From the NCBI GenBank assembly GCA_964511025.1, contig CAZEDK010000001.1, positions 24,191 through 88,190 of the forward strand: DNA of 64,000 nucleotides, in the 5' to 3' direction. This stretch comes from an uncultured Candidatus Peribacteria bacterium (GTDB taxonomy: Bacteria; Patescibacteriota; Gracilibacteria; UBA1369; GWF2-33-10). The notes beneath the pieces are model-generated. The model was not told where the DNA came from. It did no database searches and saw only the letters and a list, made by a program, of their open reading frames with translations. A program made the translations under genes and the position numbers. Position 1 is the first letter of the stretch. Each line of letters starts with the position of its first letter. Shown one piece after another: positions 8,810 to 17,157 of the stretch.

Positions 8810-11800
8810 ATGGGAGCAGCAAATACATCAACACCAGAAGGTAAAGAAAACCAATCATCTGTAGCACCGCTCAAAAGTTTAGACGATACTACAGACACAG
8901 AGGCTAATCCAACACCAGACAATAATGACGAGGGCGATTGTTTTATCGATTATGCGGATGAGTCTTCGCTTGAACCGATGCCGGCGAATGATACGCCTGC
9001 AGCAGAAACAAAAGTTGCCGAAGAAGTAAGAACGGAAGTAGCTGAAGTAGCGACAACAGCTATCGATATTCCAGCACTCAATCCATATCCTGAGATATTT
9101 ACATGGGAAGAGAAAGAAAACGCTAAATTTGCTGATTTACCAAATCATGAAAGACTCGCCATATCAAAATACCCTTATTTAATGGATCTTCTTCGTAATT
9201 TTGCTTTTTGCACATATACTTACAACCCAATAGAAAATATTGATTCTGTGAGTATTTCTTTTGGAAATGAAGAATTTCCACCAATGGATACATCTTCAAG
9301 TCTTGGGATGATGATGGCTAATGCAATAATACAAAAAATATATGAAACCATTGGCGTTGGCAGTGAGACAGTCACTAAAAGAACAGAAGATGAGAATGAA
9401 AAATTGCATTTAACTTGTAATGTACATACAAATTCTCAACAACCAAATATAGCAAAAATAACAGACCCAGCTAACAACAAGATAGGATTTGATGCCTTAT
9501 TATTAACAGTGGATCAATTCAGACAAAATAACAATCAAGGAACAACCATTACAGGAATATCTCTCACCTATGGCGAAGGAGCTATATTAGAGTTTCCAAT
9601 GGATAGACCTGATGAACCTCTGATGCTTGAGTGTATGCTTAGATTATTTTTCGATAAAACCGCGATACAAACATTATACAATGAAATAAAAGACAAAAAA
9701 CCTAAATATGAGCAGTGGCAAAAAAAAAGAAAAGGGACATATCCGCAAATTGCAATAATTTATCATCCAGCAGAATTAGATATCGATGAAAATAGCTTCG
9801 AACGTCTAAGCTCTCTACTAGAGCCTCAATTAGTCCAAAATGAAAGATGGAGTCAAGTTCAAGCAATTACTCTTGAAACCAATGGTGATGACCGGAAGAG
9901 TGCATTTGATTTGACTAACAATAACGAATTAAACACAGCAGAAACATTTTTAGAAAAAAATCCAGAAGCGATTTTGTCGGATTATACGATTAATGGAGAG
10001 ACAATATACGCAGGAGATTTATTAACGGAAGATGAGTTAGGGGAAACTCCAGCAGCATGGGAAGGAGCAGAAAAAATCGCAAGAGGTGAACAAGTTGAAC
10101 CGCTTGCATTGCTAGCTGCAGTTTCAGCAGATCACAGTGTTACCGCAAATCCACTTAACGCTAACCCGGAGTCAACAACAGGTGGGTCAAAAAAGACAAT
10201 TGTAATTAGACATAACCCTGAGAATGATGCAGATGGTAGAAGATTCCAATGGCAACCCGCAGACATTGGAAAAGTAATTAGAATAAAAAAGGCACCAACA
10301 CCAACTTTACAGAATCAAGCAGGTATTATAGGTGATGATATGTCTACATCTAGCCCAGCACGATTTGGCACTGAAAAGCCTCTGCAACCCAAAAATGAAG
10401 TTTTAGCTAGTTTGAATGAGGCTCACGATACTTCAAGGGCGATGAATGAAGAAGGCAAACAATTAGGACGACAAGCTTTTACAGCTTTATCAGGCACACC
10501 TGACTCAGTATCAGGATATTCTACAAATAATGATTCACCACTTAGAATAGCTCATGCACCTGCGCCATGGGAAAATGGAAAAGAGTTGATATACGGTAAA
10601 GTTAAGCCGCCACAATCTATTTTATATCGAACTATCGCACCGCCATGGGAACCCGATACTATAGCTGTTACAATACAGCATTCTTCAAAACGACAGCCAC
10701 CAAAACCTATAATATTACAAGGCGCTGCAATCAATCCAGTAGCATATCAAACATTGCCTGAGTCGAGCATAAAGAAAAAGAATACAATAGTAGATATTGC
10801 TAGCTCGGATTTTTTGCCACCACCTTCTGCATTTAGCCCCCCTGACAAACAGAAACAGGCGAATCTCCCCAGCAGTAGCGGTCAAAATGGTAGTTCAGTC
10901 TACATAGTTCCTATTGCCAAACCAGCAAAAGATTCAACATCTAATACAGCTCTTCAAGTACCAACAAACGGAGGTAGTTTGCCTCCTGCGTTAAAATCTT
11001 CAACTAGATCCCAAGTCACATCGCAAAGAGCAGAACAAAATGAAGCAAATCAACTATCAAGCAAGCTAGCGAAGCTTCTTGGTAGCCAATCTACCCCATT
11101 GAACCCAAAACAATCTGGCTCTAAGCCTTCTGCATCACAAAAGAAAGAAGCACCTACAGGAACAGCTCCTTCTGTCGCATCAACGACAACTCCAAAAAAT
11201 GCACCGCCAACAGCTTCACTGCCAACCATAAAACCAACAGATACTCCAGCAGAAAAACAATTAACTTTTAGAACAGACGACGCTAACTCTACAAGCACCA
11301 TATCCCCAGTCCCACGATCACAAGACACACACTTAGCAGAAAGAAGGCGCGGTTTGCCAAAATGGGGTTACGCTATAGCTGCGACAGTTCTTTTTGGTCT
11401 TGGCGCTTTGGGAATACATTTACGCTCATCTGATATTCAAGTTGCAAGTAATGATGCTCCAACACCAACTCCAATAATTGCAAAAGCTGATCCAGTACCG
11501 GTTGTCAGTCGAGACTCTTCGTCGCCTCAGAGTGACACAAGGGACAGTGCTTCAAGTGCTACAGCAGAAAAAACAGATAGTTCTGTAATAACAGCACCTG
11601 CTAGCACTGAAGGAGCACAAACTGTTACCATCAACACAACTCGCAGGAAAAAAGCAGATCAAGTTTACGCCAAGATGTTAAAAGCTGCAGAAGAGAGTAA
11701 CATGAAATTAAAACCATTTTTGGAACAGTTTTTATCACCAAAGGCGAATCAAGCTCTTGGCGCGCGAGGTATTTCATTATCAGACTTTAATTCGAAGATG

Positions 11801-12901
11801 ACAACAGCAGGCTTAGCAATACCAACTGGCTCATCTCCACTTGATAATGTAACATTTGGCAACAACAAAGAAGCTTCAGCACTTGCGATGACATGGTCAA
11901 TGAATTCAGTTTATAATGTGAGCTCATCATATCCAAATGATGGAAAAGTTCATAAATCAATGGATGATTTCACGCGTGCTACAAGCATTCAACTAGCTGA
12001 ATTAAATGGAATATTTGATGACAAACAAGAAGCAACAGCTAGCTTAGAAATTGATGCAGTTAGCCCCCTTGACACCAGCCCGCCCGCCTGTACCGATTCG
12101 GGCAGGACTACATTCTGGCAAGAAGGGGGGCAGGGGGGATTTGATCCACAAACCGTTGTAAATGCCGACAACAGCAGTCCTGATCTAAGTACAGATAATG
12201 GATTACATGCAAATAGTGATACAAAAGCAGATCACAAAGTAAATTCCGCCCAATCAGCCATTTATCTGCCACTAAATAACGAGAAAGGTAGTCCGGAACA
12301 AATTAATGTAGTAGCAAATGCTATAAAAAACCGACCAACTAATGGTGCTGTTGAATTTGCTTTGCAAGACGGTACAGTAGTTTGTTATGCACCTACAGGA
12401 GTATATTCTGTATTTAACAAAGATGGCACACCAAATAACAGTTCACCTTATCTAGCAAGGCTCAACAGCAAAAAACCTGAAAACGCAGCAAGGTCGTTAA
12501 GGTCTAATCGAGACAATCCACTTGCAGGAGTATCATTTGAAGGATCTGCACCAATAGGCTATGCAACAATTGCACAACGTCAATTTATTGACGGCATCAT
12601 AGCTCAAGAAGAACCTGTGATTCATACCTATACAGATACTGACGACGATGCTGAACCGACATCTTCTGAAGAACCTGCAAACAGTCTTCTAGCACAAACT
12701 ACGAACGATCCATTTTTCCAAGAACTGGATAACAAAATAGACAGCTTATTGGCATCGCTAGAAAGCCCCCTTGACAAAGGGGGTCAGGGGGATTTCCCCA
12801 ACAATGGTAGCCTAATTGGCAGTTCGGATGCTTATGTTGTGGCTACAGCGAAAAACGAAGGAGTAAGCGATGTCAATTTTGGAGAGATTTTTGATGCGTG
12901 A
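8810..12901 (+). CDS. Large orphan protein (1363 aa): low-complexity, Pro/Ser/Thr/Ala-rich, one central TM helix, no recognisable domain
   Basis: An uninterrupted 4.1-kb ORF in an AT-rich genome cannot be chance. It has its own strong promoter. The TM segment WGYAIAATVLFGLGALGIHL is encoded at about 11351-11422 and is preceded by RRRGLPK. The second half is visibly richer in G+C than the neighbouring genes. Confidence 0.8.
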   Translation: MGAANTSTPEGKENQSSVAPLKSLDDTTDTEANPTPDNNDEGDCFIDYADESSLEPMPANDTPAAETKVAEEVRTEVAEVATTAIDIPALNPYPEIFTWEEKENAKFADLPNHERLAISKYPYLMDLLRNFAFCTYTYNPIENIDSVSISFGNEEFPPMDTSSSLGMMMANAIIQKIYETIGVGSETVTKRTEDENEKLHLTCNVHTNSQQPNIAKITDPANNKIGFDALLLTVDQFRQNNNQGTTITGISLTYGEGAILEFPMDRPDEPLMLECMLRLFFDKTAIQTLYNEIKDKKPKYEQWQKKRKGTYPQIAIIYHPAELDIDENSFERLSSLLEPQLVQNERWSQVQAITLETNGDDRKSAFDLTNNNELNTAETFLEKNPEAILSDYTINGETIYAGDLLTEDELGETPAAWEGAEKIARGEQVEPLALLAAVSADHSVTANPLNANPESTTGGSKKTIVIRHNPENDADGRRFQWQPADIGKVIRIKKAPTPTLQNQAGIIGDDMSTSSPARFGTEKPLQPKNEVLASLNEAHDTSRAMNEEGKQLGRQAFTALSGTPDSVSGYSTNNDSPLRIAHAPAPWENGKELIYGKVKPPQSILYRTIAPPWEPDTIAVTIQHSSKRQPPKPIILQGAAINPVAYQTLPESSIKKKNTIVDIASSDFLPPPSAFSPPDKQKQANLPSSSGQNGSSVYIVPIAKPAKDSTSNTALQVPTNGGSLPPALKSSTRSQVTSQRAEQNEANQLSSKLAKLLGSQSTPLNPKQSGSKPSASQKKEAPTGTAPSVASTTTPKNAPPTASLPTIKPTDTPAEKQLTFRTDDANSTSTISPVPRSQDTHLAERRRGLPKWGYAIAATVLFGLGALGIHLRSSDIQVASNDAPTPTPIIAKADPVPVVSRDSSSPQSDTRDSASSATAEKTDSSVITAPASTEGAQTVTINTTRRKKADQVYAKMLKAAEESNMKLKPFLEQFLSPKANQALGARGISLSDFNSKMTTAGLAIPTGSSPLDNVTFGNNKEASALAMTWSMNSVYNVSSSYPNDGKVHKSMDDFTRATSIQLAELNGIFDDKQEATASLEIDAVSPLDTSPPACTDSGRTTFWQEGGQGGFDPQTVVNADNSSPDLSTDNGLHANSDTKADHKVNSAQSAIYLPLNNEKGSPEQINVVANAIKNRPTNGAVEFALQDGTVVCYAPTGVYSVFNKDGTPNNSSPYLARLNSKKPENAARSLRSNRDNPLAGVSFEGSAPIGYATIAQRQFIDGIIAQEEPVIHTYTDTDDDAEPTSSEEPANSLLAQTTNDPFFQELDNKIDSLLASLESPLDKGGQGDFPNNGSLIGSSDAYVVATAKNEGVSDVNFGEIFDA

Positions 12902-12917
12902 TTACCTTGTCATTCTA

Positions 12918-13040
12918 GTTTGTCATTCCTGCGCAGGCAGGAATCCAGTAGGGCAAACTATCTGTGTATTTCAAGTTACAAAGGCTATCGCGATGTAATT
13001 AGCAGTTCTGGATCCCAGATCGGAGTCTGGGATGACAAAT
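12918..13040. mobile_element. MITE-like element, family 2, copy B (123 bp), same orientation as copy A
   Basis: Ends are GTTTGTCATTCCTGCGCAGGCAGGAATCC … GATCCCAGATCGGAGTCTGGGATGACAAAT. It is flanked on both sides by ATTACCTTGTCATTC (12901-12915 and 13039-13053), which suggests insertion into a pre-existing solo hairpin unit. Confidence 0.65.
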
Positions 13041-13046
13041 TACCTT

Positions 13047-13071
13047 GTCATTCCTGCGAAGACAGGAATCC
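13047..13071 (+). repeat. Solo hairpin repeat unit (GTCATTCC-loop-GGAATCC), 15 nt from the GIY-YIG stop codon
   Basis: GTCATTCCTGCGAAGACAGGAATCC. It belongs to the same family as the left ends of the family-2 MITEs. Confidence 0.7.
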
Positions 13072-13086
13072 AATAGAGTCAACTGT

Positions 13087-13374
13087 CTAGAAATCTTCAT
13101 ACAAATCCTTCCAGCACGGATTCTCTTTTTCAATCAAATTTAACTTCCAAAGTCTTTTCCATGCTTTCATTTGTTTTTCTCTCTCAATAGCAAAATTGAT
13201 ATTTTCAAATTCTTCGTACCACACTAAATTTTTTACTTTGTATTTCTTTGTAAAGCCATCAATCAAACCTTCTTTGTGTTCATAAATTCTTCTTGATAAA
13301 TCATTTGTTACACCAATATACAAAGTTCCATTCTTTTTACTAGCTAAAATGTAGACATAGTATTTGTTAGACAT
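13087..13374 (-). CDS. Small GIY-YIG nuclease family protein (UPF0213/URI-domain type)
   Basis: 95 aa. YYVYILASKKNGTLYIGVTNDLSRRIYEHK carries the GIY…YIG motifs and the conserved R and E. ATG start at 13374. Confidence 0.9.
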   Translation of the reverse strand: MSNKYYVYILASKKNGTLYIGVTNDLSRRIYEHKEGLIDGFTKKYKVKNLVWYEEFENINFAIEREKQMKAWKRLWKLNLIEKENPCWKDLYEDF

Positions 13375-13613
13375 TTATTTAATTTATAATTCTGGATTCC
13401 AGCCTTTGCTGGAATGACATAGTCACGATCAACACCCCTCTCAGCAAGCGTATCCAGATATAGCTCTATCGCCTCTATTATATTATATTTTGCTTCTTCA
13501 AAAGTATCGCCTTCACTAATACAACCTGGCAAATCCGGCACTTCAGCTGTAAAACCGCCTTCTTCCTGAGCAGTAAAAATCACTTCAAATTGAAACTGTT
13601 TTTTCTTTTTCAT
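13344..13613 (-). CDS. HicB-like (UPF0150) antitoxin-family protein; orphan, with a C-terminal tail encoded by the hairpin repeat
   Basis: FEVIFTAQEEGGFTAEVPDLPGCISEGDTFEEAKYNIIEAIELYL is a typical HicB N-terminal domain. No HicA-like ORF is adjacent. The last about 25 residues (…VIPAKAGIQNYKLNK…) come from the repeat and overlap the GIY-YIG start by 31 nt. Confidence 0.7.
   Translation of the reverse strand: MKKKKQFQFEVIFTAQEEGGFTAEVPDLPGCISEGDTFEEAKYNIIEAIELYLDTLAERGVDRDYVIPAKAGIQNYKLNKCLTNTMSTF
13394..13418 (-). repeat. Solo hairpin repeat unit in inverted orientation, 19 nt upstream of the GIY-YIG start
   Basis: GGATTCCAGCCTTTGCTGGAATGAC is the reverse complement of GTCATTCCAGCAAAGGCTGGAATCC. 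It also encodes the VIPAKAGIQ tail of the HicB-like ORF. Confidence 0.7.
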
Positions 13614-13791
13614 TCAACATGCAATAAATATTTGTACGCTACAAATGTTAGCTTATAAAACAATAACTACCAATTAAAAAATTAATTTATCACTATCCAC
13701 TCTTTTTAAAAAGAGAGGGGACGACCCGCCTGAACGTAGTCGGGCAGGAGGGGTGAGTTGTATTGCTTGCAAATTATTTTTCAGGCATGTC

Positions 13792-15222
13792 TCACTTAAA
13801 CAACCTCAAAATATCGTTATATGTTACCATCAAGATAAGCAGCAAAAGCAAAAAATATCCTATTTGATGAGCAACTGCTTCAAGCTTGGCATCAGCTCTT
13901 TTGCCACGTATAACTTCAATAATAATAAAAAGCAATCTACCACCATCGAGAGCTGGGATTGGAAGTATATTCAATACCGCCAAACTTAGCGACAAAAGTG
14001 CAGTAAGCCTAATAAGAGAATTGAAGCCTTCACTTGCCGACGCATAAACCATTTGAGCTATACCAACCGGTCCTGAAACTTCTTGAGGCACGTCGCCTTC
14101 CGATAGAATTTTTTTGAAAAACCCGGTAATACCAATAAATGTCGCCTTAGAGAGCCTTTTGATTTCAATAACTGACTCTTTTGATGCCTGCAAAGGCGAT
14201 AATTTAATATCTTTTATGTTTTTGACGTGATATCCAACAACTTTTTCCTGCAAAGAGAAATTGTATAATGACAAATCATAATTAGGACTTAAAACAATAC
14301 CAATCTTGCCATCTTCAGGTACTTTTAGATTAATTACTTCAGCGTTTCCATCTAAATTTTCAACGCTATAACTAACATCCTGACCTTTGTTTTTTAAATT
14401 AAACTCCAAAACATCCTTCACATCAAATATAGTTTGTCCATTCAAAGCGGTTAAATAATAACCAGCCTGAAACCCCGACTCTGCTGCGATACCATTGTTA
14501 TCTACTTCTTGAATCCCTACTTTGATTGGCAATTTCAATTCTATTACTTCATCTTTGTATACTCCATTTGTTAAACGTTTTACTGTCAAAGTTGATGGCG
14601 ATTTTGTTTTGATAGCATCATAAAAATCGCTAATACCAAAAATAGCCTTGTCATCAATTTTCCATATTATGTCATTATTCTTTAAACTAAACACATTTTC
14701 TTCATTAGATTTCAAAATTACATACAGATTTGATATCATCACAGTATCTTTACTTTGCGTTTGATCAAAAAGACTTAGCTGCGAAGCAAGTTCTAACTCA
14801 ATTTGACCACTACTTATCGCGCTTAAAACATCGTTTTCTGAAACAATTAGCGGTTTCATTCCGATAACAAAACCAACAAATATCAAAAAATATGCTAGTA
14901 AAAAATTCATCATTACTCCTCCGCACACAATAAGCACCCTATCTCTAACCGATTTACCAATAAAACTTCTATCACTTTTCAAAGCTTTTTTGTCAGCGAT
15001 ATCTTCACCATAAAGCCTTACAAAACCACCAAAGGGTATAGCATTAATTGAATATATGGTTTCTCCATATTTCTTCCCAAAAATTTTTGGAGGCAATCCA
15101 AAACCAAATTCTTCCACTTTGACCCCAGCCCTTTTTGCCATCAGGAAATGCCCTCCTTCGTGAATAAGAATCAACAAAGAAAAGATTATAAAGAAAGCAA
15201 TGATTGATAATAATATACTCAT
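13792..15222 (-). CDS. rseP: RIP zinc metalloprotease RseP (site-2 protease, M50 family)
   Basis: HEGGHFLMAKRAGV (HExxH) near the N-terminus, PDZ-like middle region, and C-terminal LNILPIPALDGGRL. The track ORF starts at TTG 15264; the ATG at 15222 is preferred. Confidence 0.9.
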   Translation of the reverse strand: MSILLSIIAFFIIFSLLILIHEGGHFLMAKRAGVKVEEFGFGLPPKIFGKKYGETIYSINAIPFGGFVRLYGEDIADKKALKSDRSFIGKSVRDRVLIVCGGVMMNFLLAYFLIFVGFVIGMKPLIVSENDVLSAISSGQIELELASQLSLFDQTQSKDTVMISNLYVILKSNEENVFSLKNNDIIWKIDDKAIFGISDFYDAIKTKSPSTLTVKRLTNGVYKDEVIELKLPIKVGIQEVDNNGIAAESGFQAGYYLTALNGQTIFDVKDVLEFNLKNKGQDVSYSVENLDGNAEVINLKVPEDGKIGIVLSPNYDLSLYNFSLQEKVVGYHVKNIKDIKLSPLQASKESVIEIKRLSKATFIGITGFFKKILSEGDVPQEVSGPVGIAQMVYASASEGFNSLIRLTALLSLSLAVLNILPIPALDGGRLLFIIIEVIRGKRADAKLEAVAHQIGYFLLLLLILMVTYNDILRLFK

Positions 15223-15270
15223 AAAATCTAATAACAAGATAAAAAGAAATAATTCAAAATTCAAGATTTC

Positions 15271-15831
15271 TCAAACTTTCATAATGTCAACTTCTTTTTT
15301 CTTCATCATCTCATCAATTTCCTGATTAGCATTGTCAACAGTATCCTGAAGTTTTTTTTCTGCACCCCTTTGCTCATCTTCAGTGATCAAACTATCCGCT
15401 TTCAATTGTTTAAATTTGTTATGAGCATCCTGTCGAGAATTTCTAATTGCAATTTTGGTCTCTTCAGACATTTTGTGAATCACTTTTACAAGATCTCGCC
15501 TCCTTTCTTCAGTAAGAGGCGGCACATTCAAAATCACAGCAAGTCCGTTGTTGACAGGATTAAGTCCAAGCCCGCTATCTCTAATAGCTTTTTCTATACC
15601 TGCCAGCATTGATTTATCCCAAGGCTGGATTTGAAGAGTCTTTGCGTCAGGCACGCTTATATTTGCAAGATTTTTTAAAGGCTGTTTAGCTCCGTAATTT
15701 TCTACTTCTATAGGCTCAACAAGGCTTGGCACAGCTCTTCCTGCCTGCAAACGTGCAAATTCAGAAGCTAGATGCGCAACTGCTTTTTTAAAAGCATCTT
15801 TAGTTTGATCAAGACATTGTTGTATTGACAT
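15271..15831 (-). CDS. frr: Ribosome recycling factor
   Basis: 186 aa. LQAGRAVPSLVEPIEVENYG and NVPPLTEERRRDLVK are typical Frr sequences. It lies in conserved pyrH-frr synteny. Confidence 0.95.
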   Translation of the reverse strand: MSIQQCLDQTKDAFKKAVAHLASEFARLQAGRAVPSLVEPIEVENYGAKQPLKNLANISVPDAKTLQIQPWDKSMLAGIEKAIRDSGLGLNPVNNGLAVILNVPPLTEERRRDLVKVIHKMSEETKIAIRNSRQDAHNKFKQLKADSLITEDEQRGAEKKLQDTVDNANQEIDEMMKKKEVDIMKV

Positions 15832-15859
15832 AATTGTGATATTTAAATTTTATAAATTT

Positions 15860-16564
15860 TTAATTGATAATGGTTCCTATTGTTTCTCCAGTGGCTGCTT
15901 TTTTCATATTACCATTTTTTGTAAGATCAAAAATCAAGATAGGCAATTTACCATCTCTGCATAGAGCTACAGCTGTCGCATCAATAAATCCCAAGTTTTT
16001 TGATAATACATCATTATATGTCATCTTTTCAGATTTGATCGCGTCTTCGTATTTCATTGGGTCTTTGTCATAGACTCCATCAACTTTTGTAGCCTTGAGA
16101 AGCACGTCACAATTAAGCTCAAGAGCCCGCAAAGCAGCCGCCGAATCAGTAGTAAAATATGGATTGCCAGTACCGCCACTTAATATCACAACTCGTCCTT
16201 TGTCCAAATGAATTCTTGTTCTTCTTACAACATATTCCTGCACTAACTGAGGAATTGGCATAGCGGAGCAAACCCGAACTTCCAGCCCTTGCAGTTCCAA
16301 TTCATGCTGCATAGCTACTGCGTTCATGATAGTAGACAGCATTCCAAGTCCATCAGATGTAACTCTATCAAGACCTGTGCCAACATTGTCGCGATATCTC
16401 CATATATTGCCAGCGCCAATAACTATAGCAACTTCTATACCCTCTTTTGTTATCGAAACTATTTGCTCGCAAATATCTTTCAACACTTCGAAATCAATCC
16501 CCATTTCCTTTTGCCCCAACAAAACTTCACCGGAAAGTTTTATCATTACTCGTTTATATTTCAT
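15860..16564 (-). CDS. pyrH: UMP kinase
   Basis: 234 aa. KRVMIKLSGE, VIGAGNIWR and GGTGNPYFTTDSAAALRA are PyrH signatures. Confidence 0.95.
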   Translation of the reverse strand: MKYKRVMIKLSGEVLLGQKEMGIDFEVLKDICEQIVSITKEGIEVAIVIGAGNIWRYRDNVGTGLDRVTSDGLGMLSTIMNAVAMQHELELQGLEVRVCSAMPIPQLVQEYVVRRTRIHLDKGRVVILSGGTGNPYFTTDSAAALRALELNCDVLLKATKVDGVYDKDPMKYEDAIKSEKMTYNDVLSKNLGFIDATAVALCRDGKLPILIFDLTKNGNMKKAATGETIGTIIN

Positions 16565-16579
16565 TTTAAGAATGTTGAA

Positions 16580-16924
16580 TTATTTCATAATAATATACGC
16601 AATTAGCACACCCAGAATAAGCCCAATACCAACCAAAGTCCATCTCTGATAAATTGTCTCTTTTTCTTCATCAGCATTCGCTAAATCAGCAAGTAAATTT
16701 GCGTTAATAATAATTTCTTCATCAGCATTTTTTTCTACCACATCAACAAAACTATGTTTCGCAACCAACTCAACGAATTTTCCAAATTTAATGATAACCT
16801 TAGTCTCTGCGCTCACTTCAACTTTTTTTACTAAAACGTCTTCTTCAATATGATGCACCTTAAACCCAACTTTCTCATCAGGATTTTTTTCTTCCGGAAT
16901 AGATTTTAAATTAATATCTGACAT
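16580..16924 (-). CDS. Hypothetical C-terminally anchored small protein
   Basis: 114-aa ORF with an ATG start. Acidic body with a C-terminal TM helix (WTLVGIGLILGVLIAYIIM). No recognisable family. Confidence 0.5.
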   Translation of the reverse strand: MSDINLKSIPEEKNPDEKVGFKVHHIEEDVLVKKVEVSAETKVIIKFGKFVELVAKHSFVDVVEKNADEEIIINANLLADLANADEEKETIYQRWTLVGIGLILGVLIAYIIMK

Positions 16925-16953
16925 TGTACATAGCGATTAGCAATTGGCGACTC

Positions 16954-17157
16954 CTCTCAGTTCTCAACTCTCAGTTCTCAACTCTCAGCTCTCAGCTCTC
17001 AGCTCTCAACTCTCAGTTCTCAGCTCTCAGTTCTCAGCTCTCAGTTCTCAACTCTCAGTTCTCAGCTCTCAGTTCTCAGCTCTCAGCTCTCTCAGTCCCA
17101 AAGGGACCCCCTTGGGGCTCTCAGCTCTCAGCTCTCAGTTCTCAACTCTCAGTTCTC
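16954..17157. repeat. Heptanucleotide tandem array (CTCAGYT/CTCAACT, about 29 units) split by a GC-rich palindrome
   Basis: Read directly: ctcagtt ctcaact ctcagtt ctcaact ctcagct ctcagct … The central sequence CCCAAAGGGACCCCCTTGGGG lies at about 17097-17117. The array produces the spurious SQLSALSSQ ORFs in the track. Confidence 0.9.

Noticed and set aside
8810-8830. N-terminal MGAANTS of the orphan protein resembles a eukaryotic N-myristoylation motif (MGxxxS/T).
   Set aside because: A six-residue pattern has no statistical weight, and there is no evidence of a eukaryotic host context.
13753-13989. 78-aa plus-strand ORF at the rseP 3' end.
   Set aside because: It is antisense to rseP and begins in the GC-rich intergenic motif. 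There is no support for it beyond being open.
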